Below, one piece after another: positions 38,604-47,145 of a stretch of DNA of 58,293 nt (the first letter of the stretch is position 1; the number at the start of each line of letters is the position of its first letter). The notes beneath the pieces were generated by a model that was given only the letters and a program-made list of their open reading frames with translations, ran no database searches and was not told the origin of the DNA. Source of the stretch: an uncultured Veillonella sp. Its GTDB lineage: Bacteria > Bacillota > Negativicutes > Veillonellales > Veillonellaceae. The stretch spans positions 1 through 58,293 of the forward strand of contig USAV01000001.1 in the NCBI GenBank assembly GCA_900552715.1, read 5' to 3'. Both the position numbers and the translations under genes were made by a program.

Positions 38604-39462
38604 AACTTCAACGCATAACTGGTCAAACTTTATTATGCGTTGTTTAATGATGATTTTAGGGGCCTTAATTTACACCATAGGCTTAGATTTATTTTTAGTA
38701 CCGAATAGCATCATCGATGGTGGTGTAGTTGGTATTTCCTTGATGGCTGCAGAGCTTTCAGGAATTTCTTTCAGTATTTTCGTTGTACTCTTGAACTTGC
38801 CTTTTTTGTATCTTGGCTATAGAGCTAACGGTAAAAACTTTACATTTTCTACACTGTTCTCCATCGTATGGATGGCTATTTTTTCAACCTTTGCTCATGA
38901 TTTCACACCGATTACATCGGATCCATTTTTAGGATCTATCTTTGGTGGTATCATCTTAGGCATTGGGGTTGGCCTCATTATACGTAACGGTGGTTCTTTG
39001 GACGGCTCTGAAATCGTAGCCATTATATTTGATAAACGTTCAACCTTCTCTGTAGGTGAAATCGTAATGGCCATGAATCTTATTATTCTCGGCGCAGCGG
39101 GTTTTGTATATAGTTGGAATAGTGCTATGTACTCCTTGATTGCATACTTCATTGCCTATAAGATGATTGATATTACAATTACAGGCCTTGATGAATCTAA
39201 AGGGGTCATGATTATTACCGATGCAGAGAATTCTAAAAAGATTGCAGATGCATTAAATGCGAACCTAAATCGTGGTGTTACCATCATGTATGGTGAAGGG
39301 GGCTATTTAAAGCAACCTAAACATGTTTTGTATTCTGTGGTGACAAGACTTGAGATTATGAGGTTAAAAAATACTGTTTATGAAGTAGATTCATCGGCAT
39401 TTATTACGATTCAGGATGTACATGATGTATTTGGTGGTAGATTTACAAAAAACGGTCATTAA
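38593..39462 (+). CDS. YitT family membrane protein
   Basis: IIDGGVVGIS, GGSLDGSE, RGVT, GEGGY, DSSAFITI. Confidence 0.9.
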   Translation: MTNKTSTHNWSNFIMRCLMMILGALIYTIGLDLFLVPNSIIDGGVVGISLMAAELSGISFSIFVVLLNLPFLYLGYRANGKNFTFSTLFSIVWMAIFSTFAHDFTPITSDPFLGSIFGGIILGIGVGLIIRNGGSLDGSEIVAIIFDKRSTFSVGEIVMAMNLIILGAAGFVYSWNSAMYSLIAYFIAYKMIDITITGLDESKGVMIITDAENSKKIADALNANLNRGVTIMYGEGGYLKQPKHVLYSVVTRLEIMRLKNTVYEVDSSAFITIQDVHDVFGGRFTKNGH

Positions 39463-39471
39463 GGGGTTAAT

Positions 39472-40044
39472 ATGAGTAATAAAATAGTAAAAGAAATATT
39501 AGATTGGATTTATGCCATTGTATTAGCATTGGTTATTGCTATGGTAATCCATATCTTCTTGATTCAACCAACACGGGTATCTGGTGAATCAATGGAGGAT
39601 ACACTACATAATGGTCAATATTTAATTGTAACGAAGTGGCATCATATTATGAATGAAATGCCAAATTATGGACAAATTGTAATCATTGATAGTCGTGTTA
39701 ATCGTGCACGTACTTGGGTAGATGATGTAGAAGAACCATTGATGAACTATGCATCTGTCTTTAATAAAGCTGCTCAAACAAATGATGTATGGGTTAAGCG
39801 TGTTATTGGTCGTCCAGGTGATGTATTAGAGTTTAAAGATGGTCATGTATGGCGTAATGGTGAACAATTACAAGAACCATATACTAAAGATACAATAATG
39901 AATTATACACGTTCTACACCGGTTACTGTTCCAGAAGGACATGTATTTGTGATGGGGGATAACCGAAATCATTCTAGTGATAGTCGTTTCATTGGTCCTG
40001 TTCCAGTTGATCACGTCCTAGGTTTTGTATCCTATGCAATTTAA
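39472..40044 (+). CDS. lepB: Signal peptidase I
   Basis: VSGESMEDTL (Ser), VKRVIGRPGD (Lys), GDNRNHSSDSR. Confidence 0.93.
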   Translation: MSNKIVKEILDWIYAIVLALVIAMVIHIFLIQPTRVSGESMEDTLHNGQYLIVTKWHHIMNEMPNYGQIVIIDSRVNRARTWVDDVEEPLMNYASVFNKAAQTNDVWVKRVIGRPGDVLEFKDGHVWRNGEQLQEPYTKDTIMNYTRSTPVTVPEGHVFVMGDNRNHSSDSRFIGPVPVDHVLGFVSYAI

Positions 40045-40051
40045 TGCTTCT

Positions 40052-40093
40052 AAAAGCCTCTCTATAGTAGTAATTACTATAGAGAGGTTTTTT
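40052..40093 (+). terminator. Intrinsic terminator after lepB
   Basis: AAAAGCCTCTCTATAGTAG-TAA-TTACTATAGAGAGGTTTTTT. Confidence 0.85.
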
Positions 40094-40464
40094 GTATTTA
40101 AATAATGGGGTATTTAAAGCTTAATATTATTAATGACATATTTTAAGAGCTAATATATGATGCATGGCTTTGATAAGGTTATTACTAATAGAAATTAGAG
40201 AGACAAAATAAAGATATTAATAATAGAAAAGAGGAATATAATAATATTTTAGGTCCGTATATTAGGATTACATATTAAATAATACAATATTTATTATTTT
40301 TAATAATTAAAAGTTGTAAGTTTATCATCTAAAATACATGAATTTTAGATAAATAAAATGAAATTGTATAAAATTTAATTTCAAGAAATATAGATGAAAT
40401 CTATGTTTATAAGCTCATTTTTATTCATGAAAGAAATTTCATAAAATTTAGTTGTACAAAATGC

Positions 40465-40493
40465 TTTACAAAAAATTTGGACGGTGATATATT
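40465..40493 (+). promoter_or_regulatory. Promoter of the first ompM
   Basis: TTTACA-17 bp-TATATT with an extended TG at 40485-40486. Confidence 0.7.
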
Positions 40494-40496
40494 CTA

Positions 40497-40618
40497 ATCA
40501 CAGCAAGGCACCACTAATAAAGAGGTGAGACTGTGATAGAAAATATAGTCGAGGAAACGTGGACACTCCTAATATATCTTTCATAGTTATACCACTTATA
40601 CAGTGAATGTCTTCTGAT
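40497..40618 (+). ncRNA. Structured 5' leader RNA of the first ompM (candidate cis-regulatory element)
   Basis: Nested helices form one long hairpin; apical CGAGGAAACGTGGACACTCC is identical to 42414-42433. Confidence 0.65.
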
Positions 40619-40656
40619 AATATAAATTCTTATTTATAAGAAAGAAGGAATTCATT

Positions 40657-41919
40657 ATGAAAAAACAATTTGCAACAATTTTTGCAGCAACAGCAGTATT
40701 AGGTGTAACAACAGCATTCGCTGCTAACCCATTCTCCGATGTAACTCCAGATAGCTGGGCATACCAAGCTGTATCCCAATTAGCACAATCTGGTATCGTT
40801 AATGGTTACCCAGACGGCACTTTCAAAGGCCAAAACAATATCACTCGTTATGAAATGGCTCAAATGGTAGCTAAAGCAATGGCTAACCAAGATCGTGCTA
40901 ATGCAGAACAACAAGCAATGATTAATCGCTTGGCTGACGAGTTCTCCAATGAGTTGAACAGCTTAGGCGTTCGCGTATCTCGTTTGGAAGACCGTGTAGG
41001 TAATGTAAAAGTAACTGGTGATGCTCGTATCCGTTACCAAGGTTCTGAAGATAAAGGCGTTTACAAAAATAACAGTAAATCCTTAACAGATGGCCGTGCA
41101 CGTGTTCAATTCAACGGTAAAGTAAATGATAAAACTGAAGCTGTTGTTCGTGTAAAAGGTAATTACGAATTCGGTGATTCTACAAAAGGTGCTGATGCAA
41201 CAATTGATCGTGCTTATGTAGATCACAAATTTGGTAATAGAGTATCTGCTAAAGGTGGTCGTTTCCAACAAACAATTGGTGGCGGTTTAATGTACGATGA
41301 TACATTTGATGGTGCTCAATTGAACGTAGGTAATGACAAAGTTCAAGTACAAGGTGCTTATGGTTACATGATGGCCGGTGCTGCTGATGGTAACTCCAAA
41401 TCCGATAACCCTTCCGTAGCTTATGTAGGTGTTAAAGGTAAAGTTGGTCAAGAATCCACAGTTGGTGGTTTCTACTCTAAATTATCTAGCGGTAACTTGA
41501 ACCATAACGGTTCCACAGTAAGCTCTGATGGCCAAGACGTATACGGCTTCAATGCAGACTTCCGTAAAGATAAAGTTTGGGTTGGTGGTGAATGGTTAAA
41601 AGCTTCCAACGTAAATGATTCCCAAGCTTGGACAGCTGGTGTTGGTTATGGTAACTACGACATCGCTAAAAAAGGTACATGGGATGTGAAAGGTCAATAC
41701 TTCAACCAAAAAGCTAACGCTCCAATCGTAAGCTCCACTTGGGACCAAGCATATGACTTAACAAATACATCTAATGGTTACAAAGGTTACATGGCTAGCG
41801 TAAACTACGCAGTACAAGATAACGTAGGCTTATCTGCTGGTTATGGTTTCAACTCTAAAGACCAAAAAGGTAACGATCTTTCCGATTTCTACCGTGCAGA
41901 ATTAAATTACAAATTCTAA
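40657..41919 (+). CDS. ompM: OmpM: SLH domain, stalk and porin beta-barrel (outer membrane-peptidoglycan tether), copy A
   Basis: NPFSDV...WAYQAV...GIVNGYPDGTFKG...ITRYEMA SLH motif; beta-barrel ending YKF. Confidence 0.92.
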   Translation: MKKQFATIFAATAVLGVTTAFAANPFSDVTPDSWAYQAVSQLAQSGIVNGYPDGTFKGQNNITRYEMAQMVAKAMANQDRANAEQQAMINRLADEFSNELNSLGVRVSRLEDRVGNVKVTGDARIRYQGSEDKGVYKNNSKSLTDGRARVQFNGKVNDKTEAVVRVKGNYEFGDSTKGADATIDRAYVDHKFGNRVSAKGGRFQQTIGGGLMYDDTFDGAQLNVGNDKVQVQGAYGYMMAGAADGNSKSDNPSVAYVGVKGKVGQESTVGGFYSKLSSGNLNHNGSTVSSDGQDVYGFNADFRKDKVWVGGEWLKASNVNDSQAWTAGVGYGNYDIAKKGTWDVKGQYFNQKANAPIVSSTWDQAYDLTNTSNGYKGYMASVNYAVQDNVGLSAGYGFNSKDQKGNDLSDFYRAELNYKF

Positions 41920-41932
41920 TTCCCTCACAAAC

Positions 41933-41962
41933 AAAAAAAGACTTCTTCGGAAGTCTTTTTTT
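41933..41962 (+). terminator. Intrinsic terminator after ompM copy A
   Basis: AAAAAAAGACTTC-TTCG-GAAGTCTTTTTTT. Confidence 0.92.
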
Positions 41963-42329
41963 GTTGCATATAAATCGGTAATATTTTCTTTTGTATATAA
42001 TAGTATATATATAGTAAAATAAATCTATATATAGTGAACGTTAAAAATTAATTTGATTAGTATATATATAGATCTATCACACAATATATTGTATGAGGTG
42101 TTTATGAACCATTTATGCATAAAATGGGTATATACTAATTAATAATAGTATCATTAATTAGTAAAACTTAATAATATATATGATAATAAATCTCATTTGG
42201 TATGAAAAAAGATAAATTTGATTTTTTTAGTGAAAAAAAATAGACCTTATAAAACCAGATAAAATCTGAATTTTGGGTCATTTTAAATTATAAAATTTTT
42301 ATAATGAGAATGAAATTGAGAAAAAAGGG

Positions 42330-42358
42330 TTTACACGAAAATTAGGTTGTGCTAATAT
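42330..42358 (+). promoter_or_regulatory. Promoter of the second ompM
   Basis: TTTACA-17 bp-TAATAT with an extended TG at 42350-42351; same architecture as the copy A promoter. Confidence 0.7.
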
Positions 42359-42363
42359 CACCC

Positions 42364-42485
42364 TACAAGAAGTAACAAACACATGAAACGAAGAACTTCG
42401 ATGTAGAATGTGGCGAGGAAACGTGGACACTCCCAAAAATTCTTAATCTGAAGAACAGAGTAGAATGTGAATGTTATGACTTGTA
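42364..42485 (+). ncRNA. Structured 5' leader RNA of the second ompM (candidate cis-regulatory element)
   Basis: TACAAG/CTTGTA base helix and nested helices up to the apical CGAGGAAACGTGGACACTCC. Confidence 0.65.
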
Positions 42486-42528
42486 ACATTTAATATTTCT
42501 ATTTTTTTCAGAAAGAAGGAATTCAACT

Positions 42529-43740
42529 ATGAAAAAACAATTCGCAGCAATTTTCGCAGCAACAGCAGTTTTGGGTGTAACTACTGCATTCGCAGCTAAC
42601 CCATTCTCCGATGTAACTCCAGATTCTTGGGCATACCAAGCAGTTTCCCAATTGGCAAACGCTGGTATCGTTAATGGTTACCCAGATGGCACTTTCAAAG
42701 GCCAAAACAACATCACTCGTTACGAAATGGCTCAAATGGTAGCTAAAGCTATGGCTAACCAAGACCGCGCTAACGCTGAACAACAAGCTATGATCAACCG
42801 TTTGGCTGATGAATTCTCCAACGAATTGAACAACTTGGGCGTTCGTGTAGCTCGCTTGGAAGACCGCGTAGGTAACGTAAAAGTTACTGGTGATGCTCGT
42901 CTTCGTTACCAAGATGCTGAACATGCTAAATCCAAATTCGACGCTCGTGCTCGTGTACAATTCAATGCAAAAGTAAACGATCGCACTGACGCAGTTGTTC
43001 GTTTGACTTCTGGTAACTTCGAATTGGGTAACTCCCAAAACGGTGGTAACTCCAATGCTACAATCGATCGCGCTTATGTAAACCATAAATTCGGCGAACG
43101 CGTATCCTTGAAAGCTGGTCGTTTCGGCCAAACTATCGGTGGCGGTTTAGCATTTGACGGTACTTTCGACGGTGCTCAATTGAACGCTGGTAACGACAAA
43201 ATTATGGCTCAAGCAGCTTACGGTTACATGGTATCCGGCGAAGCAGCTGGCTTAACTAAAGACCAAAACGTAACTAACACTTACCTTGGCTTAAAAGGTA
43301 AAGTAGGTAAACACACTATGGTTGGTGGTTTCTACGATCGTGTAAACCAAGATAGCACTAATGGTTACAAAAATATCTACGGCTTCAACGCTGATGCTAA
43401 CTTCGACAAAGTTTGGGTTGGTGGCGAATGGTTGAAAGACTCCCACGTTGATGAATCTCAAGCTTGGACTGCAGGTCTTGGCTTTGGCGACTACAACATC
43501 GCTAAAAAAGGTTCTTGGGATGTTAAAGGCCAATACTTCAACGCTAAAGCTAACGCTCCTATCGTTGATACTACTTACAACCACCTTTACACTACAAATG
43601 CTAAAGGTTGGATGGCTTCCGTTAACTATGCATTGCAAAACAACGTTGGCTTGTCCGCTAACTACGGTTTCGACTGGAAAACTCAAGACGGTGCTGATCT
43701 TAACGACTTCTACCGTGCAGACCTTAACTACAAATTCTAA
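42529..43740 (+). CDS. ompM: OmpM SLH-porin, copy B (strong high-expression codon bias)
   Basis: Same SLH/stalk as copy A; barrel ends YKF; heavy use of TTC/AAC/ATC/TAC/CGT codons. Confidence 0.92.
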   Translation: MKKQFAAIFAATAVLGVTTAFAANPFSDVTPDSWAYQAVSQLANAGIVNGYPDGTFKGQNNITRYEMAQMVAKAMANQDRANAEQQAMINRLADEFSNELNNLGVRVARLEDRVGNVKVTGDARLRYQDAEHAKSKFDARARVQFNAKVNDRTDAVVRLTSGNFELGNSQNGGNSNATIDRAYVNHKFGERVSLKAGRFGQTIGGGLAFDGTFDGAQLNAGNDKIMAQAAYGYMVSGEAAGLTKDQNVTNTYLGLKGKVGKHTMVGGFYDRVNQDSTNGYKNIYGFNADANFDKVWVGGEWLKDSHVDESQAWTAGLGFGDYNIAKKGSWDVKGQYFNAKANAPIVDTTYNHLYTTNAKGWMASVNYALQNNVGLSANYGFDWKTQDGADLNDFYRADLNYKF

Positions 43741-43758
43741 TTTGATAGTTAACCATAT

Positions 43759-43789
43759 AAAAGGGACTCCTTCGGGAGTCTCTTTTTTT
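43759..43789 (+). terminator. Intrinsic terminator after ompM copy B
   Basis: AAAAGGGACTCC-TTCG-GGAGTCTCTTTTTTT. Confidence 0.9.
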
Positions 43790-43984
43790 ATGAATAATCT
43801 ATAGATTCCTATAACAAATTGATATAGAATGCCTTTTATTATGCAATTTTGATAATTAAAGATCAACTTATATACAAATAATACTTATCTTTTATTTTGT
43901 GATTTATAAGCTCTGTTACTGGGAGAAGTAAAATATTTTTGATAGAGGATTACTGTATATTTCTATCTATATAAGTATTATAAA

Positions 43985-43993
43985 TGGTATAAT
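43985..43993 (+). promoter_or_regulatory. Extended -10 promoter for the Cof-rapZ-yvcK-whiA operon
   Basis: TGgTATAAT upstream of RBS AAGGAGG and ATG 44029. Confidence 0.55.
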
Positions 43994-44028
43994 AAAGAGT
44001 ATTAGATTTTCTTGTGAAGGAGGTAAGA

Positions 44029-44841
44029 ATGAATCCTTCTTTTTCTCATATAAAAATGGTAGCCATCGATTGTGATGAGACGTTAGTTCGAAGTGATAAT
44101 ACAGTTTCTGCGTATACAGTTGATGTATTGCATCGCTTGCAGCAGAAGGGAATTGGTATAACAATTGCAACTGGACGCATGTATCAAACGGCAAAACCAA
44201 TTGGATTAGCATTACAACTTGGTAATGTTCCTATGATACTGTTCTCTGGTGGTTTAATCCAGGAGTTAGAAACGGGATATAAGCTATTTGAACAAACTGT
44301 TCCTATAGATGTCGTATATCGTGTTTTTCAACTCGGTCAACAATATAGTTGGCATATACAATCGTACGTAGATGATCATTTACTGTGTCATCATAAAAAT
44401 TGGCAATCCGATCATTATGAACAGCAAACAGGGGCTGTAGCTGAGTTTTTAGGTGATACAATTTATACACTTTCTTCAGAACCCAATAAGCTCATTGCTA
44501 TCGATACAGAAGAAGGAATCGATAGAATTATTGATATCTTGACCCCATTAGTTGGTAATCAAGTTACATTAGTGCGTAGTCAACGAGATTTCCTCGAAAT
44601 CACTGCACCGAATGTATCAAAAGGGCGTGCATTAGCTCAATTAGCTCTAGATAATAATCTTAGTCTTGAAAATATAGTTTCCTTTGGAAATGCAGAGAAC
44701 GATATTTCTATGTTAAGTGAAACGGGATATTCGGTAGCTGTTTCAAATGCAACAGAACATGTAAAATCTGTGGCTAATGAAGTATGTGGTCATCATAATG
44801 AAGATGGTGTAGCTCACTGGATAGAAAAGAATCTTTTATAA
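44029..44841 (+). CDS. Cof-type HAD-IIB hydrolase
   Basis: DCDETL, IATGR, SKG, FGNAENDISML. Confidence 0.9.
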   Translation: MNPSFSHIKMVAIDCDETLVRSDNTVSAYTVDVLHRLQQKGIGITIATGRMYQTAKPIGLALQLGNVPMILFSGGLIQELETGYKLFEQTVPIDVVYRVFQLGQQYSWHIQSYVDDHLLCHHKNWQSDHYEQQTGAVAEFLGDTIYTLSSEPNKLIAIDTEEGIDRIIDILTPLVGNQVTLVRSQRDFLEITAPNVSKGRALAQLALDNNLSLENIVSFGNAENDISMLSETGYSVAVSNATEHVKSVANEVCGHHNEDGVAHWIEKNLL

Positions 44842-44853
44842 TGGAGTAAAACT

Positions 44854-45768
44854 ATGGAAGCATTTCGTTTATTAATTGTTACAGGCATGTCTGGTGCCGG
44901 CAAAACTCAGGTTCTACAAGCATTAGAGGATATGGGCTATCTATGTATTGATAATATTCCTCCTATACTGATTCCTAAGCTAAGTGAAATTTGTCGACAA
45001 GGTGGAGAACGTACAAACCGTGTAGCTTTAGTTGTAGATATTCGCGGTGGTGAATTCTTTGAAGCCCTTTCATCATCTCTTGAAACATTAAGAGAAATGA
45101 AGGTAGATTATGAAATTGTCTTTATGGATGCTACAGATGAGACGTTAATTAGACGATATAAAGAAAGTCGTCGCAGCCATCCACTGGCTCCAGATGGAAT
45201 GATCACTACAGGTTTGAAAGAAGAACGTCAGATATTAAATTCTGTACGACATAAAGCAGACTTCATTATTGATACAACGAATATGAAAACTGCGAGCCTC
45301 AAAGAGTATTTAAAAACTCGATTCACTCAAGTTGACGAAGGACATGGCATGTCTATTACAGTTGTAAGCTTTGGCTTTAAATATGGATTACCATTGGATG
45401 CGGATATGGTTTGGGATGTTCGATTTTTACCAAACCCATTCTACATTCCAGATTTCCGTCATAAAACAGGTCGTGTGAAAGCTGTAAATGAATATATTCA
45501 TTCTTTTGAAGTTACAGAGGAATTTAAAAAGCGTTATTTTGATACCATTGATTTTCTTGTGCCTAATTATGAACAAGAAGGGAAGTCTCAATTTATCGTT
45601 GCTGTAGGCTGTACAGGTGGTATGCATCGATCTGTGGCTATGGCAGAAGCATTATATTCGCATCTATTAGAAAACGGCTATCGCGTTTCTGTAGAACATC
45701 GAGATATGATGAAAAATAATGTAGAAGAAGATTATAATCCTCATGAAATTAAAACATTTGGTAACTAG
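44854..45768 (+). CDS. rapZ: RNase adapter RapZ/YvcJ
   Basis: TGMSGAGKT, DIRG, SFGFKYG, DVRFLPNP, GCTGGMHRSV. Confidence 0.96.
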   Translation: MEAFRLLIVTGMSGAGKTQVLQALEDMGYLCIDNIPPILIPKLSEICRQGGERTNRVALVVDIRGGEFFEALSSSLETLREMKVDYEIVFMDATDETLIRRYKESRRSHPLAPDGMITTGLKEERQILNSVRHKADFIIDTTNMKTASLKEYLKTRFTQVDEGHGMSITVVSFGFKYGLPLDADMVWDVRFLPNPFYIPDFRHKTGRVKAVNEYIHSFEVTEEFKKRYFDTIDFLVPNYEQEGKSQFIVAVGCTGGMHRSVAMAEALYSHLLENGYRVSVEHRDMMKNNVEEDYNPHEIKTFGN

Positions 45769-45780
45769 ATAGGGGTTCAT

Positions 45781-47130
45781 ATGTTGCGAAAAAGATGGTT
45801 TCGGTGGCTTATTCCGGGCCTAAATATAAAACGTTGGCTTGCCCTATTTAGTTGTGGTGTAGGTCTTTTAATCATAGGCATTTCATTGATATTTAATTAT
45901 CAATGGCTTGCCGTTCTTGAAGATATTGTATTAGCCTTTTCTTATAATATGACGGGCTTTTACAATTATAATGTGCTCATTGCTGTAGGCGCTGTTGTAC
46001 TATCGATTGGCGCTGTGTTAATGTTAATCGGTACGAGTAAGGTTATTAAAACGATTATTCGTGCTGTATTACCTAATCCTGATAGTAAGGTGTCAGATAT
46101 TATTTTCCAAAATATACGCCTCGATAAAGGTCCTAAAATCGTTGTTATCGGCGGTGGTACAGGATTGTCTAATCTATTGCGTGGATTGAAAACACACACA
46201 TCTAATTTATCAGCTATTGTTACAGTAGCTGACGATGGTGGTTCATCAGGTCGTTTACGGGAAGATTTTAAAATGATTGCCCCTGGTGACTTACGAAACT
46301 GCTTGGTCGCATTAGCAGAACAAGAAGGGGTTATGGAAAATCTTTTCCGCTACCGCTTTGAAGGGGAAAATGAGCTATCTGGACATAGTTTTGGCAATCT
46401 CTTTATTACAGCACTTGCTCAAGTATACGATGGCGATGTGGAGGAAGCACTTGAAGCAGCTAGTAAATTACTACGTGTACGCGGTCGTGTAATTCCTTCA
46501 TCTACAGAGTTCATTAAATTGGTAGCTGAGATGACAGATGGTACCATTGTAGAAGGTGAAAGTAATATTCCAAACTCTGGTAAAACCATTCGCCATATGT
46601 ATAGCGAACCGGCGCAACCAAAGCCGGAAGGTGCTGCGTTACGTGCTATCGATGAAGCAGATGTCATCATTTTTGGACCGGGTAGTTTATATACAAGTAT
46701 CATTCCAAACTTGTTAACTGATAAAATTGCATCTCATATACGTGCTAGTAAGGCAAATAAAATTTATATTGCCAATGTTATGACTCAACCTGGAGAAACT
46801 TCAGGTTATACGCTTAGTGATCATGTGGAGGCACTCATCGCTCATGGTGGGGAAGGTATTGTAGATACCGTACTGGCAAACGATGGTCCACTACCAATTC
46901 AAATGGTAGAACAATATAGTGCCGTAGGTTCAGAGCCTGTAGCATTAGATACTAAGAAACTACAAGCTAAAGGGATTCGCACGATTCGGGCTACTTTAAT
47001 TAGTCCGAAAAAGCCAGCTGTTCATGATCCAGAACGGTTGGGTAAAGTAATTATGGATATTGTTCACGCCATGCAATCGGATACTGAACCACATATCTTA
47101 GAGTATTATCTCCAACGAGATGATCATTAA
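45781..47130 (+). CDS. yvcK: YvcK/GlmR family protein with an N-terminal membrane domain
   Basis: IGGGTG, VADDGGSSGRLR, PGDLRNC, GHSFGNL, GPGSLYTSIIPNL. Confidence 0.93.
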   Translation: MLRKRWFRWLIPGLNIKRWLALFSCGVGLLIIGISLIFNYQWLAVLEDIVLAFSYNMTGFYNYNVLIAVGAVVLSIGAVLMLIGTSKVIKTIIRAVLPNPDSKVSDIIFQNIRLDKGPKIVVIGGGTGLSNLLRGLKTHTSNLSAIVTVADDGGSSGRLREDFKMIAPGDLRNCLVALAEQEGVMENLFRYRFEGENELSGHSFGNLFITALAQVYDGDVEEALEAASKLLRVRGRVIPSSTEFIKLVAEMTDGTIVEGESNIPNSGKTIRHMYSEPAQPKPEGAALRAIDEADVIIFGPGSLYTSIIPNLLTDKIASHIRASKANKIYIANVMTQPGETSGYTLSDHVEALIAHGGEGIVDTVLANDGPLPIQMVEQYSAVGSEPVALDTKKLQAKGIRTIRATLISPKKPAVHDPERLGKVIMDIVHAMQSDTEPHILEYYLQRDDH

Positions 47131-47145
47131 TGAGAAGGGATACCT

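Noticed and set aside
40100..40460. AT-rich spacers as horizontally acquired DNA or hidden small genes
   Set aside because: No ORF with an RBS and no mobility signatures; composition matches the other promoter spacers in the window.
40497..40618. ompM leader as a T-box or known riboswitch
   Set aside because: No T-box sequence (AAGGTGGTACC-like), no downstream terminator or antiterminator, and no aptamer consensus that I recognise.
40550..42433. 20-nt repeat CGAGGAAACGTGGACACTCC as a CRISPR repeat or IS end
   Set aside because: Only two direct copies 1.86 kb apart, each in a leader at an equivalent position; no spacers, cas genes or transposase.
42523..43866. Long minus-strand ORFs (202 aa, 191 aa) opposite ompM copy B
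   Set aside because: Shadow ORFs expected from strong codon bias of a highly expressed gene; no recognisable protein features or RBS.
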